From the NCBI GenBank assembly GCA_919902125.1, contig CAKKQM010000038.1, positions 1-51,960 of the forward strand: DNA of 51,960 nucleotides, read 5' to 3'. Origin of the DNA: Actinomycetes bacterium (GTDB lineage: Bacteria; Actinomycetota; Actinomycetes; Nanopelagicales; Nanopelagicaceae). The position numbers were made by a program, and so were the translations under genes. Positions 1-12,115 of this stretch are shown here, piece by piece (positions within the stretch are counted from its first letter, which is position 1; every line of letters begins with the position of its first letter). The notes beneath the pieces are model-generated. The model saw nothing but the letters and a program-made list of their open reading frames with translations. It made no database searches and had not been told where the DNA came from.

Positions 1-55
1 GCCTGTCGGAGGTGAGATTAGCACCATTAGGCTGACGGTTAAGAATTCGAATTGA
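1..55 (+). CDS. C-terminal fragment of a gene entering from the left edge (...PVGGEISTIRLTVKNSN*); possibly the FHA-domain protein that usually precedes pstP
   Basis: Frame 2 is open from the window edge to TGA at 53-55. Only 17 codons are visible, so the identity is guessed from position alone. Confidence 0.25.
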   Translation, partial: PVGGEISTIRLTVKNSN

Positions 56-64
56 GGGGTAAGA

Positions 65-862
65 GTGAGCGGAGAAAACTCGTTGAGTTATGCAGTTTCA
101 GCGCGCTCTGTCGTTGGCTTGATCCGCGCTGGAAATGAAGATTCTGCCCTTGTGCATTCAAATCTACTTGCTGTCGCAGATGGCATGGGGGGACACGCTG
201 GTGGTGAGGTTGCATCCGCGCTGGCTGTAAAAACTTTGGCGAACTTAACTCCTGTATTAGATAGCACCAGTCTTGATCCTGACTCAGCTGAAGATTTACT
301 ACTTAACTCATTGCACGATATTGATAATGAGATTGGTCGAGTTGCCCATGACAATATTGATTTGACGGGAATGGGCACCACATTGAGTGCTCTTATGTTG
401 TATGGCGCGGACGGTGAAAAAAGTGTGGCTTTATTGCATATTGGAGATTCACGGTGCTACCGATTACGCAGCAATGATTTGCTGCAACTCAGCCACGATC
501 ACACTGTGCTTCAAGAGCTTTTAGACCAAGGGGTTGTTACTGCCGAAGAAGCACTCGAACACCCCCAACGCTCCTTGTTAACCCAGGCCCTTATGGGTGA
601 AGGATCTCTTGCGCCAGTACTCATGGTTTATGAAGTAAATCCTAAGGATCGCTTTCTATTGTGCAGCGATGGTCTCTCGGGAGTTTTAAGTGAAAAAGAA
701 ATCAAAGCTGGAATGAAAATCAACAATCGTGATGAAGCAGTCGCCTACCTTATCGATGCAGTGTATGCGGCAGGAGCACCCGATAATGTGACCATTGTGA
801 TTGCTGATGCCGATGAGGGTGCAACTCGTATGCCAATCACATTTCTAGGGGCTGCAAGGTGA
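65..862 (+). CDS. pstP: PP2C-family Ser/Thr protein phosphatase (PstP-like, catalytic domain only)
   Basis: 265-aa ORF with a GTG start and the PPM signature AVADGMGGHAGGEVAS. Its end overlaps pknB by 4 nt (GTGA). No C-terminal transmembrane segment is visible. Confidence 0.85.
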   Translation: MSGENSLSYAVSARSVVGLIRAGNEDSALVHSNLLAVADGMGGHAGGEVASALAVKTLANLTPVLDSTSLDPDSAEDLLLNSLHDIDNEIGRVAHDNIDLTGMGTTLSALMLYGADGEKSVALLHIGDSRCYRLRSNDLLQLSHDHTVLQELLDQGVVTAEEALEHPQRSLLTQALMGEGSLAPVLMVYEVNPKDRFLLCSDGLSGVLSEKEIKAGMKINNRDEAVAYLIDAVYAAGAPDNVTIVIADADEGATRMPITFLGAAR

Positions 863-2427
863 GCACATTACTAGGTGGCCGCTACAAACTTGGCGAAATG
901 ATCGGCACAGGCGGCATGGCTGATGTTTATGTTGCCAAAGACGAACGCTTATCTCGGAAAGTAGCAATAAAAGTTCTGCGTAGTGACTTAGCACGTGATC
1001 CCTCTTTTGTCGCACGCTTTCGCAAAGAGGCACTTGCTGCTGCTGGCCTTAACCACCCAGGGATTGTTGCGGTGTACGACTCAGGTGAAAAACCAGCCCC
1101 GTATATTGTCATGGAGTTGGTATCTGGCCATACATTGCGCGAATTAATTCATCGTGGCGATCACTTGCCTCTGGATCGTGCATTGGAAATTGGTGAAGGA
1201 ATTTTAGCGGCTCTTGAATATTCACATGAGCGTGGGATTGTTCACCGCGATATTAAACCTTCCAACGTCATGATTACAGATCAAGGTGTTGTAAAGGTCA
1301 TGGATTTTGGTATCGCCCGCGCATTGGATGATGTTGGGGCGACCCTAACAAGCACATGGAATATTGTTGGCACTGCGCAATATCTCTCACCCGAACAAGC
1401 TATGGGTGAGAGCGCTGATTATCGAAGTGATATTTATTCGGTTGGCTGTCTGCTTTATGAAGTCTTAACTGGCCGCCCCCCATACACGGGTGACACTCCA
1501 GTCTCGGTAGCATTTCAGCATGTTTCTGGCGAGTTAATCAGACCGCACACTCTTAATACAGAACTACCTGAAGGTGTGGATATTTTACTCACTGTCGCAC
1601 TTGCGAAGAGACCTATTGACAGGTATCAGAGTGCGGCGCAGATGCTGGAAGATATACAGAAACTGCGGGCAGGAAAGACGGTGACGACTAAGATCGCCCG
1701 CCCGCCAATTAACCGCCGTAAATTTATTGTTGGCGCGATCAGCACGCTAGCAGTAAGTGGCTTGCTGGCATTTGGCGTATTTGCCACAAACTCAAGCCAG
1801 AACAACACGTTGATAGAAATACCCAATGTTGTTGGATTGACTCTGACTCAGATAGATACACAGAACCTCTTATCTGAATTCACTATCACTATTCAGCGAG
1901 CGCACGATCCCCACATTCCTATAGATCACGTAGCTAGCCAGATTCCACTTCCCACCACAAAGGTGAAAAAGGGAACAGGTGTTATTTTAACGCTTTCAGA
2001 TGGACTCGGTGATGCTGTTGTTCCTAGTGATTTAGTTGGAAAGTCATTAACTGATGCGCGTACAAGTTTGACTGCAGCCGGTTTGGTGATTGCGCAGACA
2101 GAGGCTGTCTCCTCTGATAAACCACAGGGCACGGTTTTGAAAGTCACACCTGATGGTGGTTCAATAATTACCGCAGGCAGCGGAGTTATTTTACAAATCG
2201 CAAGTGGAAGTATTGCAGTGCCTGCCTTAGTGGGAATAGATGAGATTCAAGCACGCACAGTCCTTACCCAAGCGGGCTTCTTGATCAACCAAATTGCAGC
2301 ATACGATGCCACTCAGCCACTTGGTGTCGTGCTTGCGCAAGCACCTGATGCTGGAACAAAACAGACGATTGGTTCCTCGGTAACAATTACTGTTAATAAA
2401 TTTCCTACCGTTGAACCAGTTGGGTAA
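859..2427 (+). CDS. pknB: Ser/Thr protein kinase with extracellular PASTA repeats (PknB-like)
   Basis: 522 aa with Hanks motifs GTGGMADVY, VAIK, HRDIKPSN, DFG and SPEQ. One TM segment (FIVGAISTLAVSGLLAFGVFA) is followed by three PASTA-like repeats. Confidence 0.9.
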   Translation: MSTLLGGRYKLGEMIGTGGMADVYVAKDERLSRKVAIKVLRSDLARDPSFVARFRKEALAAAGLNHPGIVAVYDSGEKPAPYIVMELVSGHTLRELIHRGDHLPLDRALEIGEGILAALEYSHERGIVHRDIKPSNVMITDQGVVKVMDFGIARALDDVGATLTSTWNIVGTAQYLSPEQAMGESADYRSDIYSVGCLLYEVLTGRPPYTGDTPVSVAFQHVSGELIRPHTLNTELPEGVDILLTVALAKRPIDRYQSAAQMLEDIQKLRAGKTVTTKIARPPINRRKFIVGAISTLAVSGLLAFGVFATNSSQNNTLIEIPNVVGLTLTQIDTQNLLSEFTITIQRAHDPHIPIDHVASQIPLPTTKVKKGTGVILTLSDGLGDAVVPSDLVGKSLTDARTSLTAAGLVIAQTEAVSSDKPQGTVLKVTPDGGSIITAGSGVILQIASGSIAVPALVGIDEIQARTVLTQAGFLINQIAAYDATQPLGVVLAQAPDAGTKQTIGSSVTITVNKFPTVEPVG

Positions 2428-2430
2428 AAA

Positions 2431-3063
2431 TTATTTCTTTCCAACAATAGGGGATAAACCAACTGCGCGATCGCGCGCGCTGGCATCGCCGCATTCAATG
2501 AGCCAATTAGCCAACATCTCATGGCCGTGCTCTGTAAGAACTGATTCGGGATGAAATTGCACGCCTTCAATCGGCAGTGTCCTGTGACGCATTGACATCA
2601 CAACACCAGATTCTGTTTCACCAGTTATTTCAATCTCACTTGGCACTGTTACGCGCTCAACTGCAAGTGAGTGATAACGCGTTGCATTAAATGGGCTCGG
2701 TATACCGGCCAACACTCCAACACCTCGGTGGTGTACTTGTGATGTCTTACCATGGAGCAGTTCGGGTGCTTGTGAAACAGTTGCGCCAAATGCAACACCG
2801 ATGGCTTGATGACCCAAACAGACACCAAAGAGCGGAATTTTCTGCTGCGCGCAGTAGTGGACCATTGCCACGCTAATACCTGCCCGCTCTGGAGTTCCCG
2901 GCCCGGGCGAGATAAGGACGCCGTCATATCTGTCTGCCTCAGTAACTTCAATCTCATCATTGCGAACGACAGTGCATTGCGCACCTAATTGAGCCAGGTA
3001 CTGAACAAGATTGAAGACAAAAGAGTCATAGTTATCTATAACAAGGATCTTCCGTGCAGACAT
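2431..3063 (-). CDS. trpG: Glutamine amidotransferase, anthranilate/aminodeoxychorismate synthase component II
   Basis: 210 aa with the class-I GATase catalytic context GVCLGHQ and HPES. It occupies the conserved position next to pknB, as trpG does in mycobacteria. Confidence 0.85.
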   Translation of the reverse strand: MSARKILVIDNYDSFVFNLVQYLAQLGAQCTVVRNDEIEVTEADRYDGVLISPGPGTPERAGISVAMVHYCAQQKIPLFGVCLGHQAIGVAFGATVSQAPELLHGKTSQVHHRGVGVLAGIPSPFNATRYHSLAVERVTVPSEIEITGETESGVVMSMRHRTLPIEGVQFHPESVLTEHGHEMLANWLIECGDASARDRAVGLSPIVGKK

Positions 3064-3135
3064 AGTGGCAATTCTCTCGTATAAAGCTCACTTCCCGCTT
3101 GCCACAGGTATAAGCCATCGTGTTACCCTCCATCC

Positions 3136-3393
3136 ATGCCTAAGTCGAAACTGCGCAAGAAAGAGAAGAAGGTTATCCCTGCGGAAATCCTTCACCACAT
3201 TCCAGCGCCTTTAGAAAGCCCGCGCTGGCTCGCCCCCACCATGGTTGGAGCCTTTCTTATAGGCCTTATCTGGATTGTGATCTTCTATGTCACTTCCACC
3301 AGTTACCCAATCCCCGGCATTGGCGCCTGGAATATGGTCGTTGGGTTTGCCTTTATTGGTGTGGGATTCTCGCTCGCTACAAAGTGGCGCTGA
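3136..3393 (+). CDS. crgA: Cell division membrane protein CrgA
   Basis: 85 aa with a basic N-terminus (MPKSKLRKKEKK) and two TM helices, in the conserved actinobacterial position. Confidence 0.85.
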   Translation: MPKSKLRKKEKKVIPAEILHHIPAPLESPRWLAPTMVGAFLIGLIWIVIFYVTSTSYPIPGIGAWNMVVGFAFIGVGFSLATKWR

Positions 3394-3429
3394 CCGAAAA
3401 ATACTTTCACTCGAATTACATCTCTGTAA

Positions 3430-3461
3430 TTCTCCACACAGTGGATAACTTCTGTGGATAA
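3430..3461. promoter_or_regulatory. Cluster of three DnaA boxes between the 3' ends of crgA and the rhomboid gene
   Basis: TTCTCCACA at 3430-3438 has 1 mismatch. AGTGGATAA at 3440-3448 is in reverse orientation with 1 mismatch. TGTGGATAA at 3453-3461 is a perfect reverse complement of TTATCCACA. GTGGATAACTT is directly repeated at 3441 and 3454. Confidence 0.6.
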
Positions 3462-3462
3462 C

Positions 3463-4020
3463 TTAACGCCTTCGACTACGCAATAGGGTTTTTGCTGCGA
3501 TTACGCCGCCGATAAGCCCGCCAAGATGAGCATGCCAATCAATTCCTGGGAGCACAAACCCCATCGCGAAGTTGATTCCTATGATCACAACAATGCTTCG
3601 GACATCTGCCCCAATTTTTCGCCCAACCACAGCAAAAGCCCCAAAGAGGCCAAAAAGTGCACCTGAGGCGCCAACTGAAGGTTGGTTTGTCGGGTTGAGA
3701 TAGAGAGAGGCTAATGAGCCGGTGATTAAAGAGATAAAGAAAATTGCAAGAAAACGGTTCCGTCCAAATGCGCTTTCGATGGGGTTTCCCAGAACTAAGA
3801 GCGCGTACATATTAAAACCAAGATGCATCAATCCACCGTGTACGAGGGCAACGGTAAGAATCCGATACCACTCTCCGGTTGCAACACCATGAACTGAACC
3901 ATCCCTAAAGACAGCTTTATTAATTAAGAAAAGATTTTCTTGTAGAGATGGGGTCAACAACTGCAGGAGATAAAACCCACAGATAACTGTTATTAGCGCA
4001 GTTGTGGCTGTGCGTTTCAC
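3463..4020 (-). CDS. Rhomboid-family intramembrane serine protease
   Basis: 185-aa polytopic protein with [11 protein letters not shown] (GxSG) and a downstream AHLGG histidine. Its GTG start overlaps the ppiA stop (GTGA). Confidence 0.85.
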   Translation of the reverse strand: MKRTATTALITVICGFYLLQLLTPSLQENLFLINKAVFRDGSVHGVATGEWYRILTVALVHGGLMHLGFNMYALLVLGNPIESAFGRNRFLAIFFISLITGSLASLYLNPTNQPSVGASGALFGLFGAFAVVGRKIGADVRSIVVIIGINFAMGFVLPGIDWHAHLGGLIGGVIAAKTLLRSRRR

Positions 4021-4532
4021 GCGATTGTGACTGAGTTAATCGTTACTGGCGTAGTAGGACGATCTTGGGCGTCAGTCTTGCTCTTTCCAATTGCGTCAAC
4101 AACCCCTTGGCTGGCCGCATCTTTAACTTCACCAAAAATAGTGTGCTTGCGATTGAGCCATGTTGTGGGAGCCAAGGTAATGAAAAATTGTGAACCGTTA
4201 GTACCAGGCCCAGAGTTCGCCATCGCTAAAATGTATGGGCGGTCGAAAACTAATTCACCATGGAATTCATCAGCAAAACGGTAGCCCGGGCCACCAGTAC
4301 CGCGACCAAGTGGATCGCCACCTTGAATCATGAAGCCTCCAATAACACGATGAAAGATCGTGCCATCGAAGAGGTTTGCGGTGGTTTTCTCGCCATTGCG
4401 AGGATCGGTCCATTCGCGAGCACCTGTTGCCAATTCAACAAAATTCGCGACGGTCTTAGGCGCATGGTTGGGTAACAGTTCAATAACGATGTCGCCTAAA
4501 GATGTGTGCAGGGTTGCGTAAGTATTTGTCAT
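4017..4532 (-). CDS. ppiA: Peptidyl-prolyl cis-trans isomerase, cyclophilin type
   Basis: 171 aa with [15 protein letters not shown] and [12 protein letters not shown]. Confidence 0.9.
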   Translation of the reverse strand: MTNTYATLHTSLGDIVIELLPNHAPKTVANFVELATGAREWTDPRNGEKTTANLFDGTIFHRVIGGFMIQGGDPLGRGTGGPGYRFADEFHGELVFDRPYILAMANSGPGTNGSQFFITLAPTTWLNRKHTIFGEVKDAASQGVVDAIGKSKTDAQDRPTTPVTINSVTIA

Positions 4533-4533
4533 G

Positions 4534-4606
4534 TGGAGACCAGGGGAATCGAACCCCTAACCTCTGCCTTGCAAAGGCAGCGCTCTACCAATTGAGCTAG
4601 GTCCCC
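4534..4606 (-). tRNA. tRNA-Ala (anticodon UGC)
   Basis: Minus-strand read: GGGGACCTAGCTCAATTGGTAGAGCGCTGCCTTTGCAAGGCAGAGGTTAGGGGTTCGATTCCCCTGGTCTCCA. It folds as a cloverleaf with a G3:U70 pair and anticodon loop TTTGCAA. CCA is not encoded. Confidence 0.9.
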
Positions 4607-4619
4607 GTGGTTAATGGGG

Positions 4620-4694
4620 TGGGCCTTGGAGGACTTGAACCTCCGACCTCTTCCTTATCAGGGAAGCGCTCTAACCAGGCTGAGCTAAAGGCCC
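4620..4694 (-). tRNA. tRNA-Ile (anticodon GAU)
   Basis: Minus-strand read: GGGCCTTTAGCTCAGCCTGGTTAGAGCGCTTCCCTGATAAGGAAGAGGTCGGAGGTTCAAGTCCTCCAAGGCCCA. The anticodon loop is CTGATAA. The Ile/Ala tRNA pair sits downstream of gyrA, as in mycobacteria. Confidence 0.9.
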
Positions 4695-4750
4695 GAAAAC
4701 CTGGGTAAGGCTACAGGCAAGTCGAGGTAGACCCAAAACCACCAGAATTT

Positions 4751-7222
4751 TTACGCCTGCTCCATTTCTACACTCTTGGTTACAGAGACCACTTGCACAC
4801 CTTCGGCAAGATTAACCAAACGAACACCCATAGAGTCGCGCCCGGTTTGGCGTACCTCTGCCGCAGGAGTACGCATAACCGTACCAGCTGATGTGATTGC
4901 AAGAACTTCATCCTCATTACGCAGAACAAGTGCGCTGACTAAAACTCCACGTGAATCTTCATTAATCTTGGCGGCTTTGATACCGATTCCACCCCGACCT
5001 TGTAGACGGTATTCATCAAGTGGCGTCTTCTTCCCGTAACCACCATCGGTGGCGGTGAAAACCAAGAGGTTGGAGTCTTGCGAATTAATGCGGGCCATCG
5101 TAAGAAGTTCATCTCCGTCGCGGAACTTCATACCAATAACGCCACTCGTGGAACGGCCCATCGGACGCAACGATTCGTCATCAGCGCTAAAGCGCATCGA
5201 CATACCTTTCTTGGAGACGAGCAAGAGTTCATCTTTACCGTCTACTAAAGACGCGCTGACAACCTCGTCATTATTTTTTAAGCTGATTGCAATAAGTCCG
5301 CCAGATCGGGAAGAGTCGTATTCAATCAATGGAGTTTTCTTAACCAACCCACTCTTAGTTGCAAGAACTAAATAAGGCGCGGCTTCATAATTCTTCACCG
5401 AAAGAACTTGAGCAATCTGCTCACCTGGTTTAAAAGCCATCAAGTTGGCAACATGTTGGCCGCGGGCATCGCGACCCGCATCTGGTAGTTCATGAACTTT
5501 GGCGCGGTAGACGCGGCCTTGGTTTGTGAAGAAGAGCAACCAGTCATGAGTTGACGCGATAAAAAAATGGTCGACTACATCATCTTGTTTAAGCATTGCG
5601 CCTTTTACTCCTTTACCGCCCCGTTTTTGTGATCGGTAAAGATCGGCTCTGGTGCGTTTGGAATATCCGCTATGTGTGATTGTGACAACCGCATCTTGAT
5701 CTGGGATTAAATCTTCCGCGGATAAATCACCTTCACTGGCCACTATTTGAGTGCGGCGTTCGTCACCATATTTTGCAACTAAATCCGCAAGCTCTGTTTT
5801 GATTATTTCTCGCTGTTTTTCTGGGCTCGCCAAGATTATGGTGAGTTCAATAATGTCAGCCATTAGGCCGTCGTACTCATCATTAATTTTCTGTCGTTCA
5901 AGGGCTGCGATACGACGCAACTGCATATCTAAAATCGCGTTTGCTTGGATTTCATCGACATCCAGTAATTTCATCAGACCGATGCGAGCCTCCTCGGGGG
6001 TTGAACTGGCGCGGATTAATGCGATTACGGCGTCTAGGGCATCAAGGGCTTTGAGGTAGCCGCGCAGGATATGGGCGCGCCTTTCCTTCTCGTTTAAACG
6101 GTATTTGGTGCGGCGAACAATAACTTCCACTTGGTGATCAATGTAATAACGGACAAATTCATCAAGACGGAGTGTTCGTGGGACTCCGTCAACAAGAGCC
6201 AACATATTGGCGCCGAAAGTATCTTGCAATTGCGTCTGCTTATAAAGATTGTTGAGAACAATTTTAGGAATTGCATCATTACGTAAAACAATCACTAAGC
6301 GTTGGCCTAAGCGCTCATTACCTTCATCGCGCACATCGGCAATGCCTTTAATCTTTCCCTCTTTAACCAGCTCCGCAATTTTGAGGGCTAAGTTATCTGG
6401 GTTTACTTGGTAAGGAAGTTCGGTGATAACTAAACATGTCCGTCTGTTAATTTCTTCTATTAATACAACGGCTCGCATAGTGATAGATCCACGTCCTGTG
6501 CGGTATGCGCTCTCAATCCCGGCGTGCCCCACAATAAGTGCGCGGGTTGGGAAATCAGGACCTTTAACAACTTTGAGTAATTCTGTTAATAACTCATCTG
6601 CTTTTGCTTCTGGGTGCGCCAGCGCCCATGCCACACCTTCGGCAATTTCGCGTAAATTGTGGGGTGGAATATTAGTTGCCATACCAACTGCGATACCGGC
6701 GCTGCCGTTAACAAGTAGATTGGGGAAACGGCTCGGTAGGACATCTGGCTCTTCTGAGCGCCCGTCGTAGTTGGGAGAAAAATTAACAGTGTTTTCATCG
6801 ATATCACGCATCATCTCCATCGCGATTGGAGAGAGGCGAGCTTCTGTATACCGCATTGCTGCCGCAGGATCATTGCCGGGGGATCCAAAGTTTCCATTGC
6901 CATCTACTAATGGGTAACGCAAAGACCAAGGCTGCGCTAGTCGGACAACAGTGTCATAGATTGCGGTGTCGCCGTGCGGATGATATTTACCCATGACATC
7001 GCCGACGATGCGTGAAGATTTGTAATAACCTTTATCTGGACGATAACCGCCGTCATACATCGCGAACAAAACTCGACGGTGTACGGGTTTTAAACCGTCA
7101 CGAACATCAGGTAATGCGCGACCGACAATAACGCTCATTGCATAATCAAGGTACGAGCGCGCCATCTCCACCTGGAGATCGACTACTTCGATGCGATCAA
7201 AATCTTTACTGAGCTCGTCCAT
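4751..7222 (-). CDS. gyrA: DNA gyrase subunit A
   Basis: 823 aa with the active-site region [10 protein letters not shown] and [11 protein letters not shown]. No intein-sized insertion. Confidence 0.97.
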   Translation of the reverse strand: MDELSKDFDRIEVVDLQVEMARSYLDYAMSVIVGRALPDVRDGLKPVHRRVLFAMYDGGYRPDKGYYKSSRIVGDVMGKYHPHGDTAIYDTVVRLAQPWSLRYPLVDGNGNFGSPGNDPAAAMRYTEARLSPIAMEMMRDIDENTVNFSPNYDGRSEEPDVLPSRFPNLLVNGSAGIAVGMATNIPPHNLREIAEGVAWALAHPEAKADELLTELLKVVKGPDFPTRALIVGHAGIESAYRTGRGSITMRAVVLIEEINRRTCLVITELPYQVNPDNLALKIAELVKEGKIKGIADVRDEGNERLGQRLVIVLRNDAIPKIVLNNLYKQTQLQDTFGANMLALVDGVPRTLRLDEFVRYYIDHQVEVIVRRTKYRLNEKERRAHILRGYLKALDALDAVIALIRASSTPEEARIGLMKLLDVDEIQANAILDMQLRRIAALERQKINDEYDGLMADIIELTIILASPEKQREIIKTELADLVAKYGDERRTQIVASEGDLSAEDLIPDQDAVVTITHSGYSKRTRADLYRSQKRGGKGVKGAMLKQDDVVDHFFIASTHDWLLFFTNQGRVYRAKVHELPDAGRDARGQHVANLMAFKPGEQIAQVLSVKNYEAAPYLVLATKSGLVKKTPLIEYDSSRSGGLIAISLKNNDEVVSASLVDGKDELLLVSKKGMSMRFSADDESLRPMGRSTSGVIGMKFRDGDELLTMARINSQDSNLLVFTATDGGYGKKTPLDEYRLQGRGGIGIKAAKINEDSRGVLVSALVLRNEDEVLAITSAGTVMRTPAAEVRQTGRDSMGVRLVNLAEGVQVVSVTKSVEMEQA

Positions 7223-7250
7223 TATCTACCTTTGTTTATTCTTTCGTTAA

Positions 7251-9290
<2,040 letters not shown>

Positions 9291-9433
9291 CTAAGGAGTT
9301 ATCCCTATCTGAACCCTTTTATCCTACCTTGAAATTGCGATCGATGTAGCGCAGATAAGCCCTGTGGGTGGGTGTAGGGGCACGAACTTATATAGGGTAA
9401 GGGGGTTCCTATTAGGAAGGGAGTTTATTCCTT

Positions 9434-9886
9434 TTAACCATAAGTATCTCGGGGGCCGCGGGCACCGCGAATTGTCCGTATCCCTCGCTTCCAGGAGGGT
9501 CCTTGCGGACCCATGATAGCAATAGTCTCAACCAGAGCCCCAGGGGCACTGGCTTGAATAGTCCTTAAGAGATCTGGAACTACTAGTTGAAGTTGGGTCG
9601 CCCACGCTGTTGATGACGTCTGTAGAGTCAGTACGCCATCAATTAATGAAATAGGAGTGGCGTGAAGTGAAATCTCTAAGCCTACAACTTTAGGCCAGGT
9701 GGAGAAGAGTGTGCCCTCTGCAATCCCACCCTTCCAATCCCGTTCTTCAATGAGGTGAGATAAGAGATCGACAAGAAGTTGTGGGTCTGTTGGGGCTGGA
9801 GTTTTTTCCTTAATTATTTTTTTTCGGGTTCGTTTTCCTGTTTGGAAAGAGCGGAAGAGATCAAGAGCAAGGTCGCGCTTCGCCAT
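9434..9886 (-). CDS. DUF721/DciA-like protein (Rv0004 equivalent)
   Basis: 150-aa ORF in the conserved slot between recF and gyrB, overlapping the recF stop by 1 nt. The family assignment rests on synteny and size. Confidence 0.65.
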   Translation of the reverse strand: MAKRDLALDLFRSFQTGKRTRKKIIKEKTPAPTDPQLLVDLLSHLIEERDWKGGIAEGTLFSTWPKVVGLEISLHATPISLIDGVLTLQTSSTAWATQLQLVVPDLLRTIQASAPGALVETIAIMGPQGPSWKRGIRTIRGARGPRDTYG

Positions 9887-10980
9887 TACCCTTTCCTTTC
9901 TGACACGCCACCGAGTTGCATATACCGCCGTTGACTTTCTAAACCAGAAGGTAAATCACCTTCTACCGCTGCGGTGATGATTGTCTGCTCGGCTATCTGT
10001 GTTGCTTTCATCAATTGAAGGCGACGCGATGTGTCGAGTTCAGCAAAAACATCATCAAGAATAAGTATTGGTTCTGCTCCTTCACTTCTTAAGAGGTTAA
10101 AAGCTCCTAAACGTAACGCTATCGCCATTGACCAAGACTCACCATGACTGGCATAGCCTTTTGCAGGAAAATCCCCAATATGCAAATGTAAATCATCACG
10201 GTGTGGCCCGCTTAAAGTCACACCTCTCTCAATCTCTTGGTACTGAATTTCTTGCAAATGTGCAGCGAAAAGGTTTTTGTTTTGATTTGGATTGTTGGAA
10301 AGATTACTTATAGATGATTTGTAAGAAATATTTGCTGGTTTCACCTCATTAAGATTTGCGTAGTTCTCATTAACCCAAGGATTAAGGGCTTCACATAAAG
10401 AGATCCGCTCTGCACTAAGTGTGGCCCCTGTTTGTATTAATTGCTCATTCCAAGGAATTAACGCACTTTGCGGTGCTCTGGTTTTTAATAAAGCGTTACG
10501 TTGTTTTACAATTCTTTCGTAATCACTAATAACCCCAGCTAAACGTGGAGACCTCGTAATAAGTAAACGGTCTAAAAAGTCTCTCCGTGCTGCTGGTTCG
10601 CCTCGAATTAAATCCAAGTCTTCCGGCGAAAAATAAACGACTTGGCAGGCACCCAGAATTTCTCGTTGGCTTCGAACTGTGTTTTGGTTAAGTCTGGCAC
10701 GGTTCGTTCTATGTGAATTGATTTCCAAATCTACCTGGAGTATCCGTCCATCTCTTTCGATTTCAGCACGGATGATTGCTTGCTCGAAGCCAAGAGAGAT
10801 AAGTGGCTGATTTTGTGAAACGCGATGCGAAGAAAGGAAAGATAAATAAATAATAGACTCGACGATGTTGGTCTTTCCTGAACCGTTGTCGCCAATAAAT
10901 GTTGTTACTCCAGGCCGAAATGTTAGGTCTAATTGTGGATAAGACCTAAAATTAGTTAACGAGAGTTGGTTTATACGCAT
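9886..10980 (-). CDS. recF: DNA replication and repair protein RecF
   Basis: 364 aa with Walker A GDNGSGKTN and Walker B ILILDDVFAELD. Conserved dnaN-recF order. Confidence 0.95.
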   Translation of the reverse strand: MRINQLSLTNFRSYPQLDLTFRPGVTTFIGDNGSGKTNIVESIIYLSFLSSHRVSQNQPLISLGFEQAIIRAEIERDGRILQVDLEINSHRTNRARLNQNTVRSQREILGACQVVYFSPEDLDLIRGEPAARRDFLDRLLITRSPRLAGVISDYERIVKQRNALLKTRAPQSALIPWNEQLIQTGATLSAERISLCEALNPWVNENYANLNEVKPANISYKSSISNLSNNPNQNKNLFAAHLQEIQYQEIERGVTLSGPHRDDLHLHIGDFPAKGYASHGESWSMAIALRLGAFNLLRSEGAEPILILDDVFAELDTSRRLQLMKATQIAEQTIITAAVEGDLPSGLESQRRYMQLGGVSERKG

Positions 10981-10984
10981 TCAT

Positions 10985-12115
10985 TTAAGAGGCGTAGCGC
11001 ATCGGCATAAGTAAATAGCGGTAGTTCTCAACTACCTCACCATCGCGTCCGGTTTTGCCAGCAAGAATGGCAGGCTTGTTGGAGCCAGTAAATGAAATTT
11101 GCACGAAAGGTGTTCCGACTGCTTGTAATCCATCAGTAAGGAAGGTTGGGTTGAAAGCGATTGTAATTGGTTCACCGGTTAAGAAAATTTCTAAAGTTTC
11201 AGTTGCTTGAGCATCTTCTCCCGCACCGGCTTCAAGTTCTAGTAATGCTTCTGTGAAAGCAAGGCGTAAAGGAACTGTTTTATCAGTAACGAGTGCAACA
11301 CGGCGCACTGAATCTAAAAAGGGTGCTACTTCGATGACCGCTGTCGTTGTGACATCTTGCGGCAGTAAATGACGATATGGAGGAAAAGTGCCATCCAACA
11401 TCCGCGATGTCATTGACTTACCGTCGGTGATAAAGCCAGCTAAGCGATCGTTGGACACAAGTGGTGTAAGTGAGATTGAAACGGTTTTCGTCCCGTATAA
11501 AGATTTGGCGGCTTCCGCTAATGTACGAGCACGCAATAAGGCTGAAGTTTCTAGGTTAGGTTGAGTTGCCTGCCATTGGACCTCACGAACTGCGAGTCGG
11601 TAGCGATCTGTTGCTGCGAGTGTGATGGTGTCTTGGTTTATTTCGACATGAACACCAGTAAGTGTTGGAAGGGAATCGTCACGGCCTGCCGCAATAGCAA
11701 CTTGCGCAACGGCATTAGCAAAAATATCACTAGGAATAATTCCGGTTGTCTCTGGAATTTCCGGTAAATTTGGATAATCGTTTAAAGAAAGTGTTGGTAA
11801 TGTAAATTTAGCGCTTCCTGAAGTAACTAAAACCCTAGATCCGTCTAATTGAACTGTTACGGGTTTATTCGGCAGCGAACGAGAAATTTCAGCAAGTAGC
11901 CTTCCTGGTACAAGAACTTTTCCGTTTTGTTTAACCTCTGCTAAAAAATTTGCTTTGCTAGATGTTTCTAAATCTGAACCTGAAAGAAAAACTTGGTCAT
12001 TCTCAACTTCAATAACAATACCTAGTAACGCCGTCATAATTGGACGGGTAGATAAACTTCTAGAAACCCAATTAACGGCATCGGCCAACACATGCTGTTC
12101 GACGGTAAATTTCAC
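10985..12115 (-). CDS. dnaN: DNA polymerase III beta sliding clamp
   Basis: 376 aa with a GTG start and typical beta-clamp length, immediately downstream of dnaA/oriC. Confidence 0.95.
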   Translation of the reverse strand: MKFTVEQHVLADAVNWVSRSLSTRPIMTALLGIVIEVENDQVFLSGSDLETSSKANFLAEVKQNGKVLVPGRLLAEISRSLPNKPVTVQLDGSRVLVTSGSAKFTLPTLSLNDYPNLPEIPETTGIIPSDIFANAVAQVAIAAGRDDSLPTLTGVHVEINQDTITLAATDRYRLAVREVQWQATQPNLETSALLRARTLAEAAKSLYGTKTVSISLTPLVSNDRLAGFITDGKSMTSRMLDGTFPPYRHLLPQDVTTTAVIEVAPFLDSVRRVALVTDKTVPLRLAFTEALLELEAGAGEDAQATETLEIFLTGEPITIAFNPTFLTDGLQAVGTPFVQISFTGSNKPAILAGKTGRDGEVVENYRYLLMPMRYAS

